Positions 26,608 through 36,680 of a DNA stretch of 64,000 nucleotides are shown here, in pieces (the first letter of the stretch is position 1; the number at the start of each line of letters is the position of its first letter). The stretch spans positions 16,644-80,643 of the forward strand of contig JBGAGO010000004.1 of the NCBI GenBank assembly GCA_044226655.1, written 5' to 3'. Below the pieces are notes generated by a model. The model did not search any database. It was given only the letters and a program-made list of their open reading frames with translations, and was not told the origin of the DNA. This stretch comes from Caulobacterales bacterium (GTDB lineage Bacteria; Pseudomonadota; Alphaproteobacteria; Caulobacterales; Aquidulcibacteraceae). A program made the position numbers and the translations under genes.

Positions 26608-27804
26608 TTACACACGCTCGATCGCGAGCGCGACGCCTTGTCCCACACCGACACAGAGCGTGCACAGCGCGCGCTTGCCGCCGCTTTTCTCCAGCGCGTG
26701 CAGCGCCGTGAGCGCGAGGCGCGCGCCGCTCATGCCAAGCGGATGCCCCAGCGCGATGGCGCCGCCATGAGGGTTAACGTGGGGCGCATCATCGGCCACG
26801 CCGAGCCCGCGCAGCACGGCCAGACCCTGGCTCGCGAACGCTTCGTTGAGCTCGATCACGTCGAAATCGCCGATCTTTATCCCCAGGCGCGCCATCAGCT
26901 TTTCGCTCGCGGGCACGGGGCCGACGCCCATCACGCGCGGCGCGACGCCGGCGGTGGCCATGCCGAGCACGCGGGCGCGCGGCTTGAGCCCATGCGCTTT
27001 CGCGGCCGCTTCTGACGCGAGGATCATCGCGGCGGCGCCGTCATTGACGCCCGACGCGTTGCCAGCCGTGACAGTGCCGTTGGCGCGCACGATCGGCTTC
27101 AGCTTCGCCAGCGCATCGAGCGTCGTCTCGCGCGGATGCTCGTCTTTGTCGACGATCACGTCGCCGCTCTTGGCCTTGAGCGTGATCGGCGCGATCTCCT
27201 CGGCGAAGAAGGCGCGCGCGGCGGCGGCGCGCGCTTGGCTGCGCAGCGCGAACGCATCCTGATCGTCGCGGCTGATCTGATGCGCTTCGGCGACGTTCTC
27301 GCCGGTCTCGGGCATCGAATCCGTGCCGTATTTCGCCTTCATTGCGGCGTTGACGAAGCGCCAACCGATGGTGGTGTCGAACACCTCAGTGCTGCGCGAG
27401 AACGCGCTGTCGGCTTTGCCCATCACGAACGGCGCGCGCGTCATGCTTTCGACGCCGCCGGCGATGGCGAGCGCCATTTCGCCTGAGCGGATGGCGCGCG
27501 CGGCCGAGCCCACAGCGTCCAGGCCCGAGGCGCACAGCCGATTGATCGTCGTGCCGGGCACGCTCTCGGGCAGGCCCGACAGCAGCGCGGCCATGCGCGC
27601 AACGTTGCGATTGTCCTCGCCGGCCTGGTTGGCGCAGCCCAGAAACACCTCCTCGACGGCGTCCCAATCGACGCGCGAATTGCGCGCCTGGAGCGCCTTG
27701 AGCGGATGCGCGGCGAGATCGTCGGCGCGCACGCTGGCGAGCGCGCCGCCATAGCGCCCGATGGGCGTGCGGACCGCGTCGCAGATGAAGGCTTCCTGGG
27801 CCAT
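26608..27804 (-). CDS. acetyl-CoA C-acyltransferase (thiolase; 3-oxoadipyl-CoA thiolase-like)
   Basis: AFICDAVRTPIGRYGG, the active-site Cys region NRLCASGLDAV, GNASGVNDGAAA, NPHGGAIALGHPLG and CVGVGQG. Confidence 0.92.
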   Translation of the reverse strand: MAQEAFICDAVRTPIGRYGGALASVRADDLAAHPLKALQARNSRVDWDAVEEVFLGCANQAGEDNRNVARMAALLSGLPESVPGTTINRLCASGLDAVGSAARAIRSGEMALAIAGGVESMTRAPFVMGKADSAFSRSTEVFDTTIGWRFVNAAMKAKYGTDSMPETGENVAEAHQISRDDQDAFALRSQARAAAARAFFAEEIAPITLKAKSGDVIVDKDEHPRETTLDALAKLKPIVRANGTVTAGNASGVNDGAAAMILASEAAAKAHGLKPRARVLGMATAGVAPRVMGVGPVPASEKLMARLGIKIGDFDVIELNEAFASQGLAVLRGLGVADDAPHVNPHGGAIALGHPLGMSGARLALTALHALEKSGGKRALCTLCVGVGQGVALAIERV

Positions 27805-27866
27805 GGCGTTCTCCCTGAGGGCCGCCGCTTACACCAAGACCGCCGCGGATCGCCAATTTTTTCGTT

Positions 27867-27915
27867 CCGCCGGCTTCCAGCCGGCATATCGGGCCTGCCG
27901 GCTGGAAGCCGGCGG
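27867..27915. repeat. REP-like hairpin ccgccggcttccagccggca-N9-tgccggctggaagccggcgg (copy 1)
   Basis: A 20-bp perfect stem in the divergent thiolase / enoyl-CoA hydratase intergenic region. A second copy lies at 42756-42810. Confidence 0.75.
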
Positions 27916-27959
27916 TGCAACCGTGTTAGGCGACGAGCCGCTTTATTTGAGGACCGCGC

Positions 27960-28766
27960 ATGACCACGCCCTTCGCCACCTACGAAAAATCCGGCCGCGT
28001 GGCCATTATCACGTTCAACCGGCCCGACAGCCGCAACGCCATCGCCAGCCATCAGGATTGCGCCGATCTGGTCGCGGTGTTCCAGCGCGCCAATGACGAT
28101 CCGGACATCAATGTCGCGATCGTCACCGGCGCGGGCTCCGCATTCTGCGCGGGCGGCGATTTGAAGGCCATGAAGGAGCGCAAGGGCATCGGCCCGCTCG
28201 CGACGCCCGCGGATACGCGGCAGAATTACAAGCGCGGCGTCCACGCCATCGCGCGCGCCATGCAGGAATTGGAAATCGCCACCATCGCGGCAGTCAACGG
28301 CCACGCCATCGGGCTGGGGCTCGACCTCGCTGTGTTGTGCGATCTGCGCATCATCTCGGAGACGGCGCGCGTGGCGTGTTCTTTCGTCAAGGTCGGCATC
28401 GTGCCGGGCGATGGCGGCGCTTGGGTGCTGCAGAAGGCGATGGGCTATTCGAAAGCCGCCGAAATGGCGCTGACGGGCGAGCAATATACGGCGCAGCAAG
28501 TGGTCGAGATGGGCCTCTTCTCCAAAGCGGTCGCGCCCGACAAGCTCATGGAGGAAGCGCGCGCGCTGGCGGACCGCATCGCGGTCAACCCGCCGCGCTC
28601 GATCCGCATGACCAAGCGCCTGCTGCGCGAAGCGCAACACGCGCGCTATGCCGACATTCTGGAGCTTTCCGCCGCCTATCAGGCCATCGCGCACGAAACC
28701 GCCGACAATATCGAAGCCATCGACGCCTTCATCGAGAAGCGTCCGCCAAAATTTACGGGCGCGTGA
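27960..28766 (+). CDS. enoyl-CoA hydratase/isomerase (crotonase) family protein
   Basis: VAIITFNRPDSRNA, GAGSAFCAGGDLK and AAVNGHAIGLGLDLAVLCD. Confidence 0.9.
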   Translation: MTTPFATYEKSGRVAIITFNRPDSRNAIASHQDCADLVAVFQRANDDPDINVAIVTGAGSAFCAGGDLKAMKERKGIGPLATPADTRQNYKRGVHAIARAMQELEIATIAAVNGHAIGLGLDLAVLCDLRIISETARVACSFVKVGIVPGDGGAWVLQKAMGYSKAAEMALTGEQYTAQQVVEMGLFSKAVAPDKLMEEARALADRIAVNPPRSIRMTKRLLREAQHARYADILELSAAYQAIAHETADNIEAIDAFIEKRPPKFTGA

Positions 28767-28767
28767 C

Positions 28768-29217
28768 ATGCGCCCTTTGCAAACCGCTCTCTGCGCCTTT
28801 TACGCGTTGGTCGCCGTGGCGGCGCTCTACGCGACGTGGAGCCAAAATCTCCAAATTCTGGGCAATGGCGGGTTTTTCGAGGGATTTGCGCACTTCTGGC
28901 GGCTGACGGGCGCCAATCCAGCCGCCACATCGATCACGGTCGATATCGGCTTCTTCTTCCTGGCGGCGGCGGCCTTCATGGTGATCGAAGCGCGACGCTT
29001 GGGCGTCGGCTTCGTGTGGCTCTACATTCTGGGCGGCTTTCTGATCGCCATCAGCGTGACCTTCCCGCTGTTCATGATCGCGCGAGAATTGGAGCTTCCC
29101 CGCACGCCGGGCGCGGCGGCCGAGGCGGCCTGGACGCTCAAATGGATCGACTATCTCATTCTCGCTCTCACGCTCGCGGGCCTCATCGCCGTGGGAACGC
29201 TGGTCTACGGCGGCTGA
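28768..29217 (+). CDS. DUF2834-like small membrane protein
   Basis: The ATG is 1 nt after the hydratase stop. It has four hydrophobic segments (ITVDIGFFFLAAAAFMVIEARRLG, WLYILGGFLIAISVTFPLFMIARE). The family is assigned from memory. Confidence 0.6.
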   Translation: MRPLQTALCAFYALVAVAALYATWSQNLQILGNGGFFEGFAHFWRLTGANPAATSITVDIGFFFLAAAAFMVIEARRLGVGFVWLYILGGFLIAISVTFPLFMIARELELPRTPGAAAEAAWTLKWIDYLILALTLAGLIAVGTLVYGG

Positions 29218-29221
29218 CATG

Positions 29222-29254
29222 AAAAAGGCGCGGAGAGCGATCTCCCCGCGCCTT
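29222..29254 (-). terminator. intrinsic terminator (minus strand; also closes the plus-strand DUF2834 gene)
   Basis: On the minus strand, GGCGCGGGGAGATCGCTCTCCGCGCC is followed by TTTTTC. Confidence 0.6.
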
Positions 29255-29281
29255 AATCCCGGCGGGCCTGACGTTGCCGTC

Positions 29282-29392
29282 TCAACCCGTCAGCGTGCGC
29301 TGGCCGTTTTCGATGAAGGGCATCGCGACGGAAACCGTCGTGATCAGCCCAAACAAAATCGACGCGATGCGCAGCACCAGAGGCTGCAACAC
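29282..29392 (-). CDS. 36-codon hydrophobic mini-ORF (VLQPLVLRIASILFGLITTVSVAMPFIENGQRTLTG)
   Basis: GGAG sits 7 nt before the GTG. 30 of 36 third positions are G/C. There is one predicted TM helix. The intrinsic terminator lies about 30 nt downstream. The ORF is below the track length cut-off. Confidence 0.45.
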   Translation of the reverse strand: MLQPLVLRIASILFGLITTVSVAMPFIENGQRTLTG

Positions 29393-29612
29393 GATATTTC
29401 TCCAACATGGATGGGTCCTGTTTCTGGATCGTTGCGTAAACGTGATTCAGTACTGCGCGACGATCCGCACAAATGAGACGCGCCTCGGCGCGGTGAAATT
29501 TCGAGACATGTTCTGGCTCCTTTTTGGGTCTGCGCTGAATTGCGCAGGCCGCTTGGTAGAGCCGCCCGCGCCGGCGCGCCGTGACGCCGGCCACATCGCT
29601 TGGCGCAGCCCA

Positions 29613-29669
29613 CGCGAAGCGCAACACGCGCGCTATGCCGACACTATCGAAGCCGCCGGCGCGTGACAT
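29613..29669 (+). pseudogene. decayed duplicate of the 3' end of the enoyl-CoA hydratase gene
   Basis: A 31-nt exact match to 28627-28657 (cgcgaagcgcaacacgcgcgctatgccgaca). Two shorter blocks follow (tatcgaagcc, ggcgcgtgacat) that match the hydratase 3' end and stop. Confidence 0.65.
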
Positions 29670-29672
29670 CGT

Positions 29673-30125
29673 CCCCTCTCCCCCTTGCAGGAGGAGAGGG
29701 TTAGGGTGAGGGGGTGAGCGCGACGATCGGGGATTTCATGCGCCAAGCCACACGCAGCCAAGTGCGAGCCGTGCTCTTGCGCGCAGAGCCAAGCGCTGCG
29801 GAAAAGGCGCTTTGGAAGCTCCTCCGCGACCGCCAGCTCGCCGGCGCGAAATTTCGACGGCAACATCCGATTGACCCTTTTGTTGTCGACTTCGCCTGCG
29901 TGGAGGCCAAGCTGATCGTGGAGGTTGATGGGCTCAACCACGCGCTTGAAGAACAGCGCGTGTTCGATACGAACCGCACGGCTCATCTCGAATCTGCGGG
30001 CTGGCCCATGCTGCGCGTGAGCAATGATCAGGTGTTGTCCGACCCAAGCGGCGTCACCATCGCGATCGCGCAAGCGCTGGCGCGGCCCCCTCACCCAACC
30101 CCTCTCCCCCTCTCGGGGGAGAGGG
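29673..30125. repeat. composite palindromic element enclosing a DUF559 gene (filled copy 2)
   Basis: Left arm: cccctctcccccttgcaggaggagagggttagggtgagggggtgag. Right arm: ccccctcacccaacccctctccccctctcgggggagaggg. Confidence 0.75.
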
Positions 30126-30130
30126 CTTAA
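29738..30130 (+). CDS. DUF559 (Vsr-like) endonuclease domain protein
   Basis: [44 protein letters not shown]...[12 protein letters not shown]. An alternative GTG start exists at 29714 inside the repeat arm. The C-terminus is encoded by the right arm. Confidence 0.8.
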   Translation: MRQATRSQVRAVLLRAEPSAAEKALWKLLRDRQLAGAKFRRQHPIDPFVVDFACVEAKLIVEVDGLNHALEEQRVFDTNRTAHLESAGWPMLRVSNDQVLSDPSGVTIAIAQALARPPHPTPLPLSGERA

Positions 30131-30141
30131 GGAAACCATCC

Positions 30142-31254
<1,113 letters not shown>

Positions 31255-31265
31255 AGGAGACGTCC

Positions 31266-31634
31266 ATGCCGGCGTTCAGCGAGCAGCGCCCCTTCATACC
31301 CGCCAAGGATTACGCGCGCTCACTCGATTTCTATGCGCGCCTGGGCTGGGAGATTCTCTTCAAGGGCGACGACATCGCCCTCATCGCGCGCGACGGCGCC
31401 TCGTTCTATCTGCAGGCCTATTACCAGAAGGAATGGGCGGAAAATACCATGCTCCATTTCACGGTCGAAGACCCTGCGGCCTGGTTCGCGCTCGCCGAGC
31501 GCGTGAAGGCCGAGGGCGGCTTCGATGAGGTCCGCATCCGGGCGCCGCACCATCAGGATTACGGCGCGACCGTGTGCCATGTGACCGATCCGGCCGGCGT
31601 GCTTCTGCATTTCTGCAAGTTCGACGAGGACTGA
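31266..31634 (+). CDS. VOC/glyoxalase-family protein
   Basis: Starts MPAFSEQRPFIPAKDYARSLDFYARLGWEI. It has VOC-like size and pattern. The ATG is 12 nt after the frmA stop. Confidence 0.7.
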   Translation: MPAFSEQRPFIPAKDYARSLDFYARLGWEILFKGDDIALIARDGASFYLQAYYQKEWAENTMLHFTVEDPAAWFALAERVKAEGGFDEVRIRAPHHQDYGATVCHVTDPAGVLLHFCKFDED

Positions 31635-31682
31635 GCGGCGCCCCTCGTTTCCACCGCGCGAATAGCCTATGCTGCACCGGCG

Positions 31683-32672
31683 ATGCTGGTTGACGCCTTT
31701 CTGCGCCCGATCACCTATCTGCGCGTTTCGGTGACGGATCGCTGCGATCTGCGCTGCCTCTATTGCCTGGCGGAAGACCAACATTTCCTGCCCAAAGCTG
31801 ATGTGCTGACGCTGGAAGAGCTCGACCGTCTGTGCAGCACGTTCATCGCGCGCGGCGTGCGCAAGCTGCGGCTGACAGGCGGCGAGCCGCTGGTGCGCAA
31901 GAATTTCCTCTGGCTGGTCGAGCGCTTGTCGCGCCATCTGGATTCGGGCGCGCTCGAAGAGCTGACGCTGACGACCAATGGCGTCGCGCTCGCGCCGCTG
32001 GCCGCGCCGCTGGCGAAAGCCGGTATGCGCCGCATCAATGTCTCGCTCGACACGCGCGACCGGGCGCGCTTTGCGCGCATCGCACGGCGCGACAAGCTGG
32101 ACGCGGTGCTGGAAGGCATCGCGGCGGCGAAGGAGGCGGGGCTGCGCGTGAAGATCAACATCGTCGCGCTCAAGGGCGAAAACGAAGACGAATTGCCCGA
32201 TCTCATCCAATGGGCGCATCGCGAGGGCCATGACGCCTGCCTGATCGAAGCGATGCCGGTGGGCGAAATTGGCGTCGATCGCAGCGCGCAATTTCTGTCA
32301 CTCGCCGATGTACGGCGCGACATGGAAAGCTATTGGCGCCTCACCGATCTGCCGGACCAGACAGGCGGGCCGGCGCGCTATGTGCGCATCGAGGAGACCG
32401 GCGGGCGCCTCGGCTTCATCACGCCGCTCAGCCATAATTTCTGCGAAAGCTGCAACCGCGTGCGTCTGACCTGCACTGGCACGCTCTTCATGTGCCTCGG
32501 CCAGGATGACGCCGTCGATCTGCACGCGCCGCTGCGCGCGGACGCGACCGATTCGGCGCTGAACGCCGCCATCGATGAGGCCATGCGCTTGAAGCCGAAG
32601 GGCCATGATTTCGTGATCGCGCGCCGCGGGCCTGCCGCCGTCGCGCGGCCCATGGCGACGACGGGCGGCTGA
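31683..32672 (+). CDS. moaA: GTP 3',8-cyclase MoaA (radical SAM)
   Basis: [16 protein letters not shown] radical-SAM cluster, and C-terminal [13 protein letters not shown] cluster. Confidence 0.92.
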   Translation: MLVDAFLRPITYLRVSVTDRCDLRCLYCLAEDQHFLPKADVLTLEELDRLCSTFIARGVRKLRLTGGEPLVRKNFLWLVERLSRHLDSGALEELTLTTNGVALAPLAAPLAKAGMRRINVSLDTRDRARFARIARRDKLDAVLEGIAAAKEAGLRVKINIVALKGENEDELPDLIQWAHREGHDACLIEAMPVGEIGVDRSAQFLSLADVRRDMESYWRLTDLPDQTGGPARYVRIEETGGRLGFITPLSHNFCESCNRVRLTCTGTLFMCLGQDDAVDLHAPLRADATDSALNAAIDEAMRLKPKGHDFVIARRGPAAVARPMATTGG

Positions 32673-32914
32673 TGCGCGTGCTGTTCTTCGGGCGGCTCGC
32701 CGAGATCGCGGGCGGACGTACGCGCGAAGCGCCGGACGACATCGCCTCGCTCGCCGCGCTGCGCGATTATCTGACGGAGGTCGATCCCATCCTGGCGCAA
32801 GCGCTGCTCTCGGCCGGCGTGCGCGCCGCGGTGAACAAGATTGTCGCGACCGGCGACATTGCTTTGGCGCCTGGCGATGAGGTGGCGTTCATGCCGCCGC
32901 TGAGCGGAGGCTGA
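32672..32914 (+). CDS. moaD: molybdopterin synthase sulfur-carrier subunit MoaD
   Basis: 80 aa ending in GG (FMPPLSGG). The start shares one base with the moaA stop. Confidence 0.8.
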   Translation: MRVLFFGRLAEIAGGRTREAPDDIASLAALRDYLTEVDPILAQALLSAGVRAAVNKIVATGDIALAPGDEVAFMPPLSGG

Positions 32915-32915
32915 G

Positions 32916-33353
32916 ATGATCCGCGTGCAAGCCGAGCCCTTCGATGCCGCCGCCGAACTCGCCGCACTGAGCGCCGGCGACGCCGGCGCCGTGGCGAGCT
33001 TCATCGGCCTGGTGCGCGGCGGGGAGACGCGCGAGCTCGTGCTCGAACATTATCCAGGCTTCACCGAGGCCGAGATCGCACGCATCGAGGCGGACGCCTT
33101 TGCGCGCTTCGGCCTCATCGATGCGCGCATCGTGCATCGCTACGGCGCCTTGAAGCCTGGGGAAGCCATCGTGTTTGTCGGCGCCGCTGCGAAACGTCGC
33201 CATGCCGCGCTGCAGGCCGTCGACTACATGATGGATCATCTCAAGACCGAAGCGCCGTTCTGGAAGCGCGAAATGCGCGCGGACGGCGGCCATTGGATCG
33301 AACCGCGGGCGGAGGATCGCGCCGCGCGCGCCGGCTGGGAGACAAAGAAATGA
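32916..33353 (+). CDS. moaE: molybdopterin synthase catalytic subunit MoaE
   Basis: GAVASFIGLVRG, IVFVGAAAKRRHAALQAVDYMMDHLKTEAPFWKRE. Confidence 0.88.
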   Translation: MIRVQAEPFDAAAELAALSAGDAGAVASFIGLVRGGETRELVLEHYPGFTEAEIARIEADAFARFGLIDARIVHRYGALKPGEAIVFVGAAAKRRHAALQAVDYMMDHLKTEAPFWKREMRADGGHWIEPRAEDRAARAGWETKK

Positions 33354-33904
33354 CGATCACGATCCCCGCGCCCGGCGGCAAGATCGACGAAGGCAGGCCG
33401 TTTCAGCAAGTGCGCATCGCCGTGATGACGGTGTCCGACACGCGCGACGAAGAGAGCGACACCTCCGGCCAAGTGCTGGCCGATCGCATCAAGGCGGACG
33501 GCCATATCCTCGCCGCGCGCGCCTGGGTGAAGGATGATGTCGGCGAGATTCAAGCGCAGGCCGAAGCGTGGATCGCGGCGCCGGATGTGGACGTGATCAT
33601 TTCGACGGGCGGCACCGGCATCACAGGCCGCGATGTGACGCCGGAAGCGCTGCGCCCGCTGTTCGAGAAGGAAATCGACGGCTTCAACGTGATCTGGCAT
33701 CTGGTGAGCTATCAGAGCGTGGGCTTGTCCACGCTGCAATCGCGCGCCTGCGCGGGCGTCGCGAACGCCACGTTCATCTTCGCCCTGCCCGGCTCGAACG
33801 GCGCCTGCAAGGACGGCTGGGACAAGGTGATCAAATGGCAGCTCGATAGCAGGCACATGCCGTGCAACATGGTCGAGCTCATGCCGCGGCTGAACGAGCG
33901 ATGA
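33350..33904 (+). CDS. moaB: MoaB/Mog-family molybdenum cofactor biosynthesis protein
   Basis: VMTVSDTR...[24 protein letters not shown] overlap with the moaE stop. Confidence 0.85.
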   Translation: MTITIPAPGGKIDEGRPFQQVRIAVMTVSDTRDEESDTSGQVLADRIKADGHILAARAWVKDDVGEIQAQAEAWIAAPDVDVIISTGGTGITGRDVTPEALRPLFEKEIDGFNVIWHLVSYQSVGLSTLQSRACAGVANATFIFALPGSNGACKDGWDKVIKWQLDSRHMPCNMVELMPRLNER

Positions 33905-34374
33905 CCAAGCTAAGCCATCTCGACGCCGAAGGCCGCGCGCGCATGGTCGACGTGTCCGACAAGCCGGTCACCGCGCGCGAAGCGATCGCCGAAGGCCGCG
34001 TGCGCATGAGCGCTGAAGCGCTGGCGCTGGCGCGCGACGGAAACGCCAAGAAGGGCGATGTGTTCGCCGCCGCGGAGCTGGCCGGCGTGATGGCGGCCAA
34101 ACGCACCAGCGATCTCATTCCGCTCTGCCATCCGCTGGCGCTGAGCAGCATCAAGGTGGACGTGCGCGCCGAGGCGGATACGCTCGTCGCCACGGCCCGC
34201 GTGAAAACGACGGCACAAACCGGCGTTGAAATGGAGGCGCTCACCGCCGCCGCCATCGCCTGCCTCACGATCTACGACATGCTCAAGGCCGCCGACCGCG
34301 CCATGACGATCGAGGGCGTGCGTCTGCTTGAAAAGCGCGGCGGCGCATCGGGAGATTACGTGCGTGAGCGGTGA
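33901..34374 (+). CDS. moaC: cyclic pyranopterin monophosphate synthase MoaC
   Basis: [39 protein letters not shown] and [15 protein letters not shown] overlap with the moaB stop. Confidence 0.9.
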   Translation: MTKLSHLDAEGRARMVDVSDKPVTAREAIAEGRVRMSAEALALARDGNAKKGDVFAAAELAGVMAAKRTSDLIPLCHPLALSSIKVDVRAEADTLVATARVKTTAQTGVEMEALTAAAIACLTIYDMLKAADRAMTIEGVRLLEKRGGASGDYVRER

Positions 34375-35575
34375 CGTGCTCGTGAATGGCGGCGTGGAAG
34401 AAGCGCGCGCGCGCATGATTGCGGGCGCACCGATCGTGAATGGCGTCGAGACTGTCGCGCTCGAAGATGGCGCGGGACGCGTGCTCGCCGAAGCGATCGT
34501 GGCGGAGCGCGATCAGCCGCCGTTTTCCGCCTCGGCGATGGATGGCTACGCCTTGCGCGGAACGGATGCGCCCGTGCAGCTGCGCATCGTCGGCGAATCC
34601 GCAGCGGGGCGTGGATTTACGCGCGCGCTTGAAGACGGCGAGGCCGCGCGCATCTTCACCGGCGCGCCACTGCCCATCGGCGCCGACGCTGTCGCAATCC
34701 AGGAAGAGGTGACGCGCGATGGCGATATCCTGCACGCGCCGGCCACGCCGCGCGGCCAATTTGTGCGCCCACAAGGCATGGATTTCGTGCGCGGCGCGAT
34801 GCTGCTGCCGGCGGGCGCGCGGCTGGACGGCGTCGCGCTTTCGCTCGCGGCGGCGGCTGGCCGCACAAGGCTCAAGGTTCGGGCGCGCCCGCGCATCGCG
34901 CTGATGGCGACAGGCGACGAGATCGTGGCGCCAGGCGCGGAGCCGGGCGCGCATCAGATTTACGATTCGATCAGCACTGGCCTCGCCGCCCTGATCACAG
35001 CTTGGGGCGGCGTCGCAACGCGCCTTCATCCACGCGCGGACGACGTTTCCGTGCTCGCGAGCGCCGCCGCAGAGGCGTTGGCGGCGCACGATCTACTGGT
35101 CACGATTGGCGGCGCCTCGGTCGGCGATCATGACCTGGTGAAGCCCGCGCTGGCGACCTTGCAGCTCAAGCTCGCGGTCGAGCGCATCAATATGCGGCCC
35201 GGCAAGCCAGTCTGGTTCGGCCGCACGGATCGCGGCGTTGTGCTGGGCCTGCCCGGCAATCCGGCCTCGGCTTTGGTGTGCGCGCATCTCTTCTTGAAGC
35301 CTTTCATCGCGCACATGATGGGCGCGGACGAGGCCCTGCCCTTTGTGCGCGCGACGCTCACCAGCGAGCTGCCGGCGAACGGGCCGCGCGAGCACTACAT
35401 TCGCGCCGCGCTCTCCATCGACGAAGGCGGCGGCGCACGCGTCACGCCGTTCGAACGGCAGGATTCCTCTCTGCTCGCCGTTTTCCGCGACGCCAATGCG
35501 CTCATTCGCGTTGCTGGAAACGCGCCCGCGTTGGCGACGGGCGCGCTGGTCGACGTTCTGCCGCTGGGGCGCTGA
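34364..35575 (+). CDS. moeA: molybdopterin molybdotransferase MoeA
   Basis: [30 protein letters not shown] and PGKPVWFG...LPGNPASA. The start is uncertain: GTG at 34364 overlaps moaC, and GTG at 34376 is the alternative. Confidence 0.86.
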   Translation: MSGDVLVNGGVEEARARMIAGAPIVNGVETVALEDGAGRVLAEAIVAERDQPPFSASAMDGYALRGTDAPVQLRIVGESAAGRGFTRALEDGEAARIFTGAPLPIGADAVAIQEEVTRDGDILHAPATPRGQFVRPQGMDFVRGAMLLPAGARLDGVALSLAAAAGRTRLKVRARPRIALMATGDEIVAPGAEPGAHQIYDSISTGLAALITAWGGVATRLHPRADDVSVLASAAAEALAAHDLLVTIGGASVGDHDLVKPALATLQLKLAVERINMRPGKPVWFGRTDRGVVLGLPGNPASALVCAHLFLKPFIAHMMGADEALPFVRATLTSELPANGPREHYIRAALSIDEGGGARVTPFERQDSSLLAVFRDANALIRVAGNAPALATGALVDVLPLGR

Positions 35576-36669
35576 TGCGCGTTCTGATCGCGCCGGATTC
35601 GTTTAAGGATGCGCTGAGCGCGCAAGATGTCGTCGCCGCGATCGCGCGCGGCCTGCGCGAGCGTTTTCCGAACGTAGAGATCGATCCATGTCCGCTCTCC
35701 GATGGCGGCGAAGGTGCGACGGCGGTGCTGAGCGCCCAGCTTGGCCTTGCCCGCGTCGACATCGACACGGTCGATCCGCTGATGCGGCCGCTGCGCGCCG
35801 CCTATGCGATGGCAGGCGATTACGCAGTGATCGAACTCGCCGCCGCCGCGGGACTTGATCTCTTGGCGGCGCAGGAGCGCGATGCGCTGCGCACGACGAC
35901 GCTCGGTGTCGGCCGCATGATCGCCGATGCGATTTCGCGCGGCGCGCGGCGCATCGATCTCGCCATCGGCGGCAGCGCCACCAATGAGTGCGGCATCGGC
36001 ATGGCCGCGGCGATGGGCTGGCGCTTTCTCGATGCGGCGCGCAACGAGGTCGCGCCCATCGGCGCCGCGCTCGCCTCGATCGCGCACATCGACGTTCCTG
36101 CCCTGCCCGGCTTTCAACTCACCGCGCTCTGCGACGTGCGCGCGCCGCTGACGGGACAGCAGGGCGCTGCGCACGTCTACGCGCGCCAGAAGGGCGCCGA
36201 CGATGCGGCCATCGCTGAACTCGACGCCGGCGCGGCCAATCTGGCGCGCGTGGTTGCGCGCGAATTACGCCGAGATGGGCTCGCGGAGGTTCCCGGCGCG
36301 GGCGCGGCGGGCGGCGCGGGGTTCGGCGTGCTGGCGTTCTTCAACGGCGCGCTCAAGCCGGGCGCGGACGCCGTGATGGATGCGATCGGGTTCGATGCGC
36401 GCGTGCGCGCCGCGAATATCATCATCACCGGCGAAGGCCGGCTCGATGCGCAGACCGCGCAAGGCAAGCTCGTCGCGGCGGTCGCGCGGCGCGCGATGGG
36501 CAAGCCGGTGATCGCGCTGTGCGGCCGCGTGGATGCGACGCGCGAAGAGATGGCGGCGTTAGGACTGCACGAGGCGATTGAGATCAGCGACCGCACGGCG
36601 CCGCTGGCGGATCAGCTTGTGCGCACTGCGGAGAATTTGGAGCGTGCGGCGCTCGGATTGAATCTCTAA
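35575..36669 (+). CDS. glxK: glycerate kinase
   Basis: [24 protein letters not shown] and ITGEGRLDAQTAQGK. The ATG shares one base with the moeA stop (TGATG). Confidence 0.88.
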   Translation: MRVLIAPDSFKDALSAQDVVAAIARGLRERFPNVEIDPCPLSDGGEGATAVLSAQLGLARVDIDTVDPLMRPLRAAYAMAGDYAVIELAAAAGLDLLAAQERDALRTTTLGVGRMIADAISRGARRIDLAIGGSATNECGIGMAAAMGWRFLDAARNEVAPIGAALASIAHIDVPALPGFQLTALCDVRAPLTGQQGAAHVYARQKGADDAAIAELDAGAANLARVVARELRRDGLAEVPGAGAAGGAGFGVLAFFNGALKPGADAVMDAIGFDARVRAANIIITGEGRLDAQTAQGKLVAAVARRAMGKPVIALCGRVDATREEMAALGLHEAIEISDRTAPLADQLVRTAENLERAALGLNL

Positions 36670-36680
36670 CGACGCAGTTC

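Noticed and set aside
29253-29669. The 138-aa (minus) and 130-aa (plus) ORFs covering the 29.25-29.67 kb gap.
   Set aside because: Both read through the terminator hairpin and the hydratase 3' pseudogene fragment. Their composition is not protein-like. The 36-codon hydrophobic frame explains the coding-like signal better.
31635-31682. Moco riboswitch upstream of moaA.
   Set aside because: The gap is only 48 nt, which is far too short for the ~130-nt Moco RNA motif.
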